Source: Candidatus Omnitrophica bacterium UBA6253
Lineage (GTDB): Bacteria > Omnitrophota > Gorgyraeia > Gygaellales > Profunditerraquicolaceae
Reading direction: 5' to 3'
DNA: 64,000 bases
Assembly (NCBI GenBank): GCA_002441245.1
Contig: DJVP01000008.1
Location: forward strand, 234,540-298,539
A program made the position numbers and the translations under genes. Every line of letters begins with the position of its first letter. The first letter of the stretch is position 1. Below are positions 20,888 through 28,793 of the stretch, piece by piece. Below the pieces are notes generated by a model that was not told the DNA's origin, made no database searches, and saw only the letters and a list, made by a program, of their open reading frames with translations.

Positions 20888-22111
20888 CTATTGTCCTCCT
20901 AGAGCTAGAACATTTATGCTTTGATTATGGAAATAAGCCCGGCCAAGATAACTTATGGATTTAAGCGGGGCCTGTTCACCGTAAGTATAGATTCCAATTA
21001 AAGGGGTATTTTCTCCGAACACTGCTTTAATTATGTCAAGTTCCCTCGAGCATTGTCTGCCTAAAAGCGTAAATCTTGAAGCAGAATCGAAAATCATTAC
21101 GAATTTTGTTTTTTGCGCCCCGAGGTTCTTTTTTGCTTCTTCGCAGGAGGTCACTGCCGCGGCAAGGCAAGAATCTTTAGTGCCGATCATTAACCGGATT
21201 GGACTATCCTGGGGAATATCCCCCTGGGTAACCAGTGAGCCATCATCTTTTATGGAGATAATGTTGCGCAGGAGATATTCTTTTTCTCCCTGTAGATAAA
21301 TACCTATTGGATAAAAGATAGATATACGTCGTAGTTCTTTAGCCAGCTCTAAGGCGTCTTTAGCAAAATAATCTTCATAGAGTTTTACTGCCGGTTCGCC
21401 GTTGATTTCTTTAATAATATTCCCATCAGCCTTAGTAACGTAGCGTATTTTTCCTAAAGCCTTCCATCCGTGTTTAATCCCGAACCCGAAATTCATTTTA
21501 CCGCCGAAAAGCAACCCGCAACATGAATCCGTAAGTACATCTTTATTGAAGTACTGAAAGGTTTTTGCATAGGCATGATTATCTGATGCAGAGGCGCCGA
21601 TTAAAGGGAAGCTCCTGCCTAGATTTTCCTGGAGCCCGTTAATTAAACTTGTTCCGTCTGATATCAGTCCGTCTGAGAAAATTAAACTCAAGTTCCTGCG
21701 CACATCTTTGCAACCGTATAATAATTTTTCCCCTAATTCCCTCCCAGCAGTAATAGGTGTTTTCTTGTTTACTTCTTTAACCAGGGCAAGATTCAAGAAT
21801 ATCTGTTTACTTAAGCTAATCAGCAGGATGGCAAAACCATGTTTAAATATCCCCTTATTCGTTATGATCCCTAAACTACTGCAGCCCAATATTGGGATAC
21901 CACCCAATAAATTGTTTGCGATTTTTAAAACCAGTGGATGCGCGAATTCTATCGTGGTAAATATAATAGCTAAATCCCCGCGTGTTTTTCCCAGACCGAC
22001 CATAGCCTGCCCAACTGCTTCATTGGTGGCCTGGATATGGTCCTTATTTTCACTAAAGCCCAAACTAATATTCATGCCAGTCAGTATATAATGTAAATAT
22101 GGGAGGGTCAA
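20888..22111 (-). CDS. FIST-domain sensory protein (FIST_N/FIST_C-like)
   Basis: About 400 aa, with glycine-rich FIST-like blocks (GCSSLGII, GGKMNFGFG). It sits immediately upstream of the HK/RR genes with a 1-nt gap. Confidence 0.5.
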   Translation of the reverse strand: MTLPYLHYILTGMNISLGFSENKDHIQATNEAVGQAMVGLGKTRGDLAIIFTTIEFAHPLVLKIANNLLGGIPILGCSSLGIITNKGIFKHGFAILLISLSKQIFLNLALVKEVNKKTPITAGRELGEKLLYGCKDVRRNLSLIFSDGLISDGTSLINGLQENLGRSFPLIGASASDNHAYAKTFQYFNKDVLTDSCCGLLFGGKMNFGFGIKHGWKALGKIRYVTKADGNIIKEINGEPAVKLYEDYFAKDALELAKELRRISIFYPIGIYLQGEKEYLLRNIISIKDDGSLVTQGDIPQDSPIRLMIGTKDSCLAAAVTSCEEAKKNLGAQKTKFVMIFDSASRFTLLGRQCSRELDIIKAVFGENTPLIGIYTYGEQAPLKSISYLGRAYFHNQSINVLALGGQ

Positions 22112-22166
22112 TATAATTGTTGACTAAAGGCACTTATATAGTAAAATAACTTTGCGTATTTTTTTT

Positions 22167-22241
22167 GGCCCCATCGTCTAGCCTGGCCCAGGACGTCAGG
22201 TTCTCAGCCTGTAAACACCGGTTCAAATCCGGTTGGGGCTA
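22167..22241 (+). tRNA. tRNA-Glu: tRNA-Glu (anticodon CUC)
   Basis: Cloverleaf: acceptor stem GGCCCCA/TGGGGCT, D-arm TCGTCTAGCCTGGCCCAGGAC (Glu-like), anticodon loop TTCTCAG, T-arm ACCGGTTCAAATCCGGT. CCA is not encoded. Confidence 0.85.
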
Positions 22242-22346
22242 TTAAGCTATCAGCAGAGTTTCATAGCGTAGCTGCAGGGTTGTTGGTCTAGGAACTTTGT
22301 GTTTTTATCTCAGGTAGGCAGGTGTAAGTGGCATGTTTAATAAATA

Positions 22347-22374
22347 TTGCTTGCATTTTGCGCAGCTTTATAAT
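22347..22374 (+). promoter_or_regulatory. putative sigma70 promoter (TTGCTT, 16 nt spacer, TATAAT)
   Basis: It lies upstream of the small membrane protein, PPIase and Tad gene string. Confidence 0.4.
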
Positions 22375-22412
22375 AAAATCTAAACTAATAAGCTAATAAG
22401 AAGGAGGACTGG

Positions 22413-22658
22413 ATGCGTGAACATTTAGGTTTCTTAAAGGTTTCCAGCGCAGTGGTTAAGGTAGCTGCCTGGATTTTTTTATTCCTGGGGCTTTTAGGCG
22501 GAGTTTCTTTGCTTTTAGGCGCAGTGCCGGGGAATCCACGTTGGATGGGGGCTGTTATCCTGGCTTTTTATGTTTTTGTTTTTTTCTTTTTATTTCTTAC
22601 TGCAAAAATAGCCGATCTTTTGGTTAAGATCATAAACGAAATCAAGGCGGTTGGATAA
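22413..22658 (+). CDS. small two-TM membrane protein
   Basis: Strong SD (AAGGAGG) 6 nt upstream of the ATG. Two hydrophobic helices. Confidence 0.45.
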   Translation: MREHLGFLKVSSAVVKVAAWIFLFLGLLGGVSLLLGAVPGNPRWMGAVILAFYVFVFFFLFLTAKIADLLVKIINEIKAVG

Positions 22659-22700
22659 GAAAATTTGAGCTTTAAGTTTGAATTCTCAAGGAGGTTAAAC

Positions 22701-23618
22701 ATGAGGCTGAATTTTATTTCTTGTATTATTTTAGGGGTAATTTTTATAGGAGCCCTTGGATGTGATAAAATAAAACTCTCTGTTTCTAAGAAAGCAGAGA
22801 TAATGGAAACAAAAACCGTTCCGGTTGTCCCGCAGGTTAAGGGCCCCATCGTTGCAAAGGTGAATAATATTCCCATTGGATTAGAGGATTTTAACCAGGA
22901 AGTTGAGATTTACAATGCCAATGTCCCCGACGACAGGCCTGAATTAAAGATTACTACCAGGGAACAAAAGGTTAATTATTTAAAAAATGAAGTAGTGCGT
23001 AGAACACTGCTCTATCAAAATGCGCTGGACAAAGGTTTGGACAGGAATGAAGATGTTTTAATGGCGCTGGACAAGACCAAGATGCAACTTTTAGTTATGG
23101 AATTAGTCAAACAGGTTTCGCAAAAAGTCGATGTGTCCTCCAAGGAGATTGAAGATTATTATAATACTTATAAAGAACAACTGAAAGAACCGGAAGAGCG
23201 CCAGGTTATGGAGATAGTTTCTTCTAATGAGCAGGATGCAAGGGATATATTGATTCAACTTTTACAGGGAGGGGATTTTGCTACTCTTGCCAGGACTAAT
23301 TCTAAATCATCCAGCGCTAAGAATGGCGGTGACTTAGGGTTTATTAAGCTAGGAGAAAAATCTCCGCAGTTTGATTCCGTGGCTTTTTCTGATTCTTTGG
23401 AAGTTGGTAAAATAAGCAGTATCTTTAAGACTCCCGATGGATACAGCATAATTAAATTAGAAGGTAAGCGCGGAGGCAAGCAAAAACCTTTATCCGAAAT
23501 GTGGGATGATATTAAAAAAGGGCTTATCTTTTTAAAACAGCAGCAGGTTATTGAAGAGATGATCGGGAAACTTTCCCGCGACGCCAAAATAGATATTTAT
23601 GAAGGGGAGATAAAATAA
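22701..23618 (+). CDS. parvulin-type peptidyl-prolyl isomerase, PrsA/SurA-like probable lipoprotein
   Basis: PpiC domain (NGGDLGFI...FSDSLEVGKIS...TPDGYSIIKLEG). Signal peptide with ALGC lipobox-like Cys. AAGGAGG SD before the ATG at 22701; the track start at 22665 is probably too early. Confidence 0.75.
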   Translation: MRLNFISCIILGVIFIGALGCDKIKLSVSKKAEIMETKTVPVVPQVKGPIVAKVNNIPIGLEDFNQEVEIYNANVPDDRPELKITTREQKVNYLKNEVVRRTLLYQNALDKGLDRNEDVLMALDKTKMQLLVMELVKQVSQKVDVSSKEIEDYYNTYKEQLKEPEERQVMEIVSSNEQDARDILIQLLQGGDFATLARTNSKSSSAKNGGDLGFIKLGEKSPQFDSVAFSDSLEVGKISSIFKTPDGYSIIKLEGKRGGKQKPLSEMWDDIKKGLIFLKQQQVIEEMIGKLSRDAKIDIYEGEIK

Positions 23619-24520
23619 TGGCCATAGAAAAGCAAAAGCTTATTTTAATAAGCGGAGTAGTTCTGGGCATAGTAGCAATTCTAATGACTAAGATATATTT
23701 AGATCAACAGAAGCAGGAGGCTGAGGCCCGGGCAAAGAAATCGCTTGTTAAAATGCAGGCCAATCAGAGTGTGGTTTTGGTAGCCAAACATGATATACCC
23801 AGTGGTTCAGTTATTGAATCTTCGATGATTGATAGTTCAATTGTGCCTAATCAATTTATTCAGCCTCAGGTAGCTACCTCTATAGATAGGGTTTTGGGAA
23901 TGATTAGTTTGGCTCCAATTTCTAAAGGTGAACAGATAAGCCTGTCTAAGCTCTCTAAAGGGCGGAGAGAAAGCGCAGGAAGCAGTTTGGCAGGAAATAC
24001 TCCTGCGGGTAAGAGGGCGATTTCTATTGCCGTGGACAGTATTGCTTCTGTATCTGGCATGGTCATGCCTGGAGATTATGTGGATGTGATTGCTACGTTG
24101 CAAGTTCCTATACAGGGGTCGGATGGGCAGATATCAAGCCAGGTGGCTGTGGTTCCCTTGTTTCAGAATGTTTTAGTTTTAGCCGTAGGCCAGAATACAG
24201 GTTCTGTTGGTAAAACAGGAAGCCGCTATGATGAAAAAGAAACTTCTTCTTCTGGATTGATTACTCTTGCTTTGGGGCCGCAAGAAGCAAATCTTATTGC
24301 TTTTGTCCAAGAACAAGGTAAGATGCGCCTGACCCTGCGTTCTCCAGCAGATGCCAGTGTTGAACAGGTTGTCCCGGCCAGCTGGGAGACTTTATTTCAA
24401 TATATTATGCCTCAACAGAAACCCGTTGAGGTTAAAGAGGCCCCAGTGGTTGATACTGCTACTGAATATGTAGAGGTATTTCGAGGGTTGAAGAAGGAAA
24501 AAGTTTCTCTGTCACAATAA
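23618..24520 (+). CDS. cpaB: Flp pilus assembly protein CpaB/RcpC-like (SAF domain)
   Basis: N-terminal TM helix. The conserved block VLVA(K)xDIPxG is CpaB-like. Its position before the secretin is also CpaB-like. Confidence 0.6.
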   Translation: MAIEKQKLILISGVVLGIVAILMTKIYLDQQKQEAEARAKKSLVKMQANQSVVLVAKHDIPSGSVIESSMIDSSIVPNQFIQPQVATSIDRVLGMISLAPISKGEQISLSKLSKGRRESAGSSLAGNTPAGKRAISIAVDSIASVSGMVMPGDYVDVIATLQVPIQGSDGQISSQVAVVPLFQNVLVLAVGQNTGSVGKTGSRYDEKETSSSGLITLALGPQEANLIAFVQEQGKMRLTLRSPADASVEQVVPASWETLFQYIMPQQKPVEVKEAPVVDTATEYVEVFRGLKKEKVSLSQ

Positions 24521-24599
24521 TAAAAGGGGAACTCTGTCAAAATAAAACAGGCTAGAAGGCTGCGACGTGGTCTTTTGATAGCCAAAGCCAAGGAGAAAA

Positions 24600-26195
24600 A
24601 TGAGAAAGTTATTTTTTGGCCTATTATTTATTATTACATTTATAACTTTTCTGCCTTTTAAGGGGTATGTTGCAGATGGCGTTGAAGAAGAGGTAAGGCT
24701 TTATATGGGGCAAACCAAGATTATCTCGGTAAGTTCTCCAAAGCGGGTAGCAGTTGGTAATCCTTCGATTGCCGATGTAGCTAATATTGGAAAAAACGAA
24801 CTTACGGTCGTTCCTAAGGCGGCAGGAAATACTACGCTTATTGTTTGGGATAATTTTGGCGAGCAGGCTTATCGCTTAATGGTATTTGCGGAAGATACCT
24901 CTGAGCTTAAACGCCGCATAGACCATATGTTAAAGAAGCTAAATTTACCGGATGTACATACTAGCGCCGAAGATGAAGAGGGTAAGGTTGCGCTTTTAGG
25001 CATGGTTAAGCGTGCGGCAGATAGGGAGCGTATTGCTACTGCCTTAGGGGCGCTTAAAGATAAAACTATTGATTTAATAGTAGTAAAAGAAGAGGAAACA
25101 GTTATAGAGATTGATGTACAGGTAATTGAAGTTAACAGGGGGTCTCAGGATACGCTTGGTTTTACCTGGCCAAGTTCACTGAATTTAACCGAAGTCGGCT
25201 CTCCTGGTATTTCTACTGGCGGGACAACTTGGGGTAAACTATTTCATGTTGTTAACGTAACCAGGGATGCTTTTACCCTTAAACTGGATGCCTTGATTAG
25301 AGATGGTAAGGCGCGAATTCTTTCTAGGCCCAGGGTTTCCTGTCAGAGCGGCAAGGAAGCCAAACTTGTCGTCGGAGGAGAGGTTCCTGTTTTAAGCGGT
25401 TCAGTTACACCTGGTACGAGCGGTTCGACTTCTGTGGGCGCAACTACCGGAGGCTCTGTAGAATATAAGGAATATGGAATTATTTTAAATGTCAGGCCGG
25501 CAATTGAAGATTCTGGACGTATTCATCTTAATCTTGATGTTACTGTCAGCGAGGTTGGGGATGTGGTGAGTACGACTTACGCACTTGCATATAAAATGAC
25601 AAAGCGTACAGCTACAACCGAGCTTTTCCTTGACAATGGGCAAACAATGGCCCTCGGAGGCTTGATTAAGAAAAAATCTACTGAAGAATTAAAAAGGGTT
25701 CCCTGGCTTTCAGATGTTCCGGTATTAGGCCTGTTTTTTAGACAGAGGACTACTTCTCAGGGGTGGAATTCCGATTTATCTAAGGCCGATGATACAGAGC
25801 TATTTATTACTCTTACTCCTCGCGTAATTGAGCAAAAAATGCCATCGAAAGAATTAAGACCGTCAATTTCCGGTACGCCTACGCTTAATGATGATGATAT
25901 AAAGGATCCTGTTGTAAGGTACGCTAGGATTATTCAAAGGAAGATTCTTGAGAACCTTACTTATCCTATAGCAGCTAAAGAAGCAGGTTTTCAGGGTACG
26001 GTAAAATTAAGCCTCAAGCTTTCTGCGCAGGGAGACCTGTTGGATTCAAAAATAAAAGAGCCTTCCAAATATCGTTTGCTCGACGATAACGCGATAAGGA
26101 TAGCGCAGAAGATTGTCCCCTATCCTCCGTTTCCTCCTGCAATAAAAGAAGCTCAACTTTGGGTGGATGTCCCGATAATCTATCAACTGGAATAA
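24600..26195 (+). CDS. cpaC: secretin CpaC/RcpA-like with C-terminal TonB_C-like domain
   Basis: Secretin C-domain (GGLIKKKSTEELKRVPWLSDVPVLGLFFRQ...TELFITLTPRVI). The last ~95 aa, YPIAAKEAGFQGTVKLSLKLSAQGDLLDSKIKEPSKYRLLDDNAIRIAQKIVPYPPFP, match the TonB C-terminal domain pattern. Confidence 0.8.
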   Translation: MRKLFFGLLFIITFITFLPFKGYVADGVEEEVRLYMGQTKIISVSSPKRVAVGNPSIADVANIGKNELTVVPKAAGNTTLIVWDNFGEQAYRLMVFAEDTSELKRRIDHMLKKLNLPDVHTSAEDEEGKVALLGMVKRAADRERIATALGALKDKTIDLIVVKEEETVIEIDVQVIEVNRGSQDTLGFTWPSSLNLTEVGSPGISTGGTTWGKLFHVVNVTRDAFTLKLDALIRDGKARILSRPRVSCQSGKEAKLVVGGEVPVLSGSVTPGTSGSTSVGATTGGSVEYKEYGIILNVRPAIEDSGRIHLNLDVTVSEVGDVVSTTYALAYKMTKRTATTELFLDNGQTMALGGLIKKKSTEELKRVPWLSDVPVLGLFFRQRTTSQGWNSDLSKADDTELFITLTPRVIEQKMPSKELRPSISGTPTLNDDDIKDPVVRYARIIQRKILENLTYPIAAKEAGFQGTVKLSLKLSAQGDLLDSKIKEPSKYRLLDDNAIRIAQKIVPYPPFPPAIKEAQLWVDVPIIYQLE

Positions 26196-26196
26196 A

Positions 26197-28356
26197 ATGG
26201 CCAAGGTAATAGCTATATTCAGCACAAAAGGCGGCGTAGGCAAGAGTTTAATTGCGGTTAATTTGGCCGTGACTCTGGCTAAAGAAGGCAAGAAAGTTTG
26301 TGCGATAGACTTAGATACGCAAGTAGTCGGAGATATGGCGCACATGCTTGGCATTAATCCCCAGAAATGTATGGCGGATTTAATGAGTTTTTTAAGAAAG
26401 CAGCCACAGTTAACCAAAAAAACAGATTTTATTATTAAAACTAAAATTACTAACATAGATTTCCTAGCCGGATTATTGAAGCCGCAACAATCCGGATATC
26501 TTTATCCGGATAAACTTGCAGAAGTATTTAACCTTTTTGATAAAGATTATGACTATATTATTGTTGATGTAGGCAAAAGCTTCAGCGATGTATTCCTTTC
26601 TGTATTAAACCAGGCCAATCTGATTCTTCTGGTGGTTACCCCTGACGTGCTATCCGTATACCAGACAAAATGGGCGTTAGACACTTTGCAGTTCTTGCAT
26701 TTTCCTTTAAGCATGATCAAGCTTGTGCTCAACCGGGCGGAATCAGCTTCAAGTATAAGCTGGCAGGAGATCCGTGTCAGCTTGCCGGTAGATATTATTG
26801 CAAAGGTCCCTTCCGAAGGTAGATTGGTTAATCAGGCAGTTAACCAGGGGGTACCCATAGTTATCGATTCCCCCCGCTCTAAGATCTCTTTAGCTGTTAC
26901 TAGTCTTGCGCACACACTTATTGAAGACAAGGAGCTTTTTATAGAAAGAAGGAACCTTGATCAGATTAAGATTAAAGAATCAGCCCAGGAGAAATCCGGG
27001 CAGTTCTGGGCAGGCCAGGATTTAGAAGAGTCGGTGATCGAGCCCGACGCTGCCGAAGACAGGGATGAGATTTTAATTCTTAAGCGCAGGATACATACCC
27101 GGTTGATTGAGGGCATGAATATCAAGAGGTTGGATCTGAAGGTTTTTAGTGACCATAAAAAGACCAAAGAATTAAGGGATAGGGCAGAGTTAACCGTGTC
27201 AAATCTTTTGGTTGAGGAGGCGGGAAGTTTTATCCCTTCCCAGGAAATAAGAAAGAAGCTTATCAAGGAAATCCTGGATGAGGCCTTGGGGCTAGGTGCC
27301 CTGGAAGATCTTTTGGCTGATCCAGACATCACTGACATTATGGTGAATAATAAAAATGAGATTTTTGTTGAACGCTTTGGCAAGATTGAAATGACCAGTA
27401 AGAAATTTATTTCTAATGATCAGGTCAGGACGATTATTGAACGTATTATCGCTCCCATAGGAAGGCGTATTGATGAATCAGTGCCCATGGTTGATGCACG
27501 ACTTGCCGATGGCTCGCGTGTAAATGCGATTATTTCCCCGCTTTCTTTAACTGGCCCCACTCTTACAATCAGGAAATTCCGCAAGGAAAGATATAAGACT
27601 GTCGATTTGGTTAATTTCGGAGCGCTTACTTTGGAAATGGCGGACTTTATCAGGGCTTGTGTTTTTTGCCGTAAGAACATGATTGTTTCTGGAGGTACTG
27701 GTTCAGGAAAAACCACTGTACTTAATGCCCTTTCAGAAAATATCCCTAATGATGAACGTATTGTTACCCTAGAAGATGCGGCGGAGTTAAAATTAAGTCA
27801 ACAACATTGGGTCAGGCTTGAGTCCCGTCCGCCTAATATTGAAGGCAAGGGCGCCGTTACCATAAGAGACCTTTTTCGCAATACCCTGCGTATGCGTCCG
27901 GATAGGATTATCGTCGGTGAATGCCGCGGCACCGAATCTTTGGATATGCTTCAGGCAATGAATACCGGACATGATGGATCAATGACAACGATTCATGCTA
28001 ATTCAACCTTTGATGTTTTATCGCGGTTGGATTCGATGATTCTTATGTCCGGCATAGAACTTCCTGTAAGGGTTATCCGTGAAATGATTTCTTCTGCGGT
28101 TGATATAATCGTCCACACTGCCAGGCTTTGTGACGGATCGCGTAAGATTACGGCTATTTCCGAGGTTTCCGGGATGAAAGACGAATTACATATAAATTTA
28201 AATGACATATTTATCTTTAAACAAACTGGAATAGATGCCAACGGGAAGGTCCAGGGGTATTTTACCGCCACTGGCCATTTGCCTTCTTTTCTTGAGGAAG
28301 TCAGGATTCGCGGCGTCAAAATCTCCGACGACATTTTTAAGCCCACCAAACCATAA
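26197..28356 (+). CDS. cpaF: fused CpaE-like (ParA/MinD ATPase) and CpaF/TadA (secretion ATPase) protein
   Basis: N-terminus has the deviant Walker A KGGVGKS. C-terminal part has Walker [10 protein letters not shown], Walker [10 protein letters not shown], His-box [13 protein letters not shown] and the CpaF N-domain motif [21 protein letters not shown]. One 719-aa ORF. Confidence 0.8.
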   Translation: MAKVIAIFSTKGGVGKSLIAVNLAVTLAKEGKKVCAIDLDTQVVGDMAHMLGINPQKCMADLMSFLRKQPQLTKKTDFIIKTKITNIDFLAGLLKPQQSGYLYPDKLAEVFNLFDKDYDYIIVDVGKSFSDVFLSVLNQANLILLVVTPDVLSVYQTKWALDTLQFLHFPLSMIKLVLNRAESASSISWQEIRVSLPVDIIAKVPSEGRLVNQAVNQGVPIVIDSPRSKISLAVTSLAHTLIEDKELFIERRNLDQIKIKESAQEKSGQFWAGQDLEESVIEPDAAEDRDEILILKRRIHTRLIEGMNIKRLDLKVFSDHKKTKELRDRAELTVSNLLVEEAGSFIPSQEIRKKLIKEILDEALGLGALEDLLADPDITDIMVNNKNEIFVERFGKIEMTSKKFISNDQVRTIIERIIAPIGRRIDESVPMVDARLADGSRVNAIISPLSLTGPTLTIRKFRKERYKTVDLVNFGALTLEMADFIRACVFCRKNMIVSGGTGSGKTTVLNALSENIPNDERIVTLEDAAELKLSQQHWVRLESRPPNIEGKGAVTIRDLFRNTLRMRPDRIIVGECRGTESLDMLQAMNTGHDGSMTTIHANSTFDVLSRLDSMILMSGIELPVRVIREMISSAVDIIVHTARLCDGSRKITAISEVSGMKDELHINLNDIFIFKQTGIDANGKVQGYFTATGHLPSFLEEVRIRGVKISDDIFKPTKP

Positions 28357-28362
28357 AAAATA

Positions 28363-28707
28363 ATGCGCTTAATCAATCAAACCAGGGGCACTGTTTTGGC
28401 GAAAGATATTGTTTTTGCAAATACTCCTTTCAAGAGGCTAAAGGGGTTATTGGGTGATAAAAGTTTCTTGGATGGGCAGGCCCTGATAATCAAGCCGTGT
28501 AATTGCGTGCATACCTTATTTATGCGTTTTTCAATTGATGTTTTGTTTGTGGATAGTAATAATAAGGTAGTTAAGGCTTTAGGCCAGCTTGATCCTTTTA
28601 AGTTCAGTAAAATGTATTGGAATTCGAAAAAGGTTGTGGAATTACCATCTGGTAAATTAAAATCCACTCAAACTCAAGATGGCGACTCACTCCAGTTTTT
28701 AGATTAA
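28363..28707 (+). CDS. DUF192 family protein
   Basis: RLKGLLG...IIKPCNCVHTLFMRFSIDVLFVD...ELPSG matches the DUF192 (COG1430) pattern. Confidence 0.55.
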   Translation: MRLINQTRGTVLAKDIVFANTPFKRLKGLLGDKSFLDGQALIIKPCNCVHTLFMRFSIDVLFVDSNNKVVKALGQLDPFKFSKMYWNSKKVVELPSGKLKSTQTQDGDSLQFLD

Positions 28708-28733
28708 CCCTGCTTAATAATTTCCCACTTAAC

Positions 28734-28762
28734 TTGACAAATTGTTAAAAAGGCGCTATATT
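28734..28762 (+). promoter_or_regulatory. putative sigma70 promoter (TTGACA, 17 nt spacer, TATATT)
   Basis: Near-consensus hexamers upstream of the GTG start at 28794, which itself follows a TGGAGG SD. Confidence 0.45.
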
Positions 28763-28793
28763 TGCCTTAATAAATGTCCAATCTGGAGGTCTT

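Noticed and set aside
22112-22166. Possible promoter for the tRNA-Glu (TTGACT at about 22122).
   Set aside because: The spacing to any reasonable -10 hexamer is ambiguous. The region is also the divergent upstream region of the minus-strand FIST gene. I cannot assign it confidently from sequence alone.
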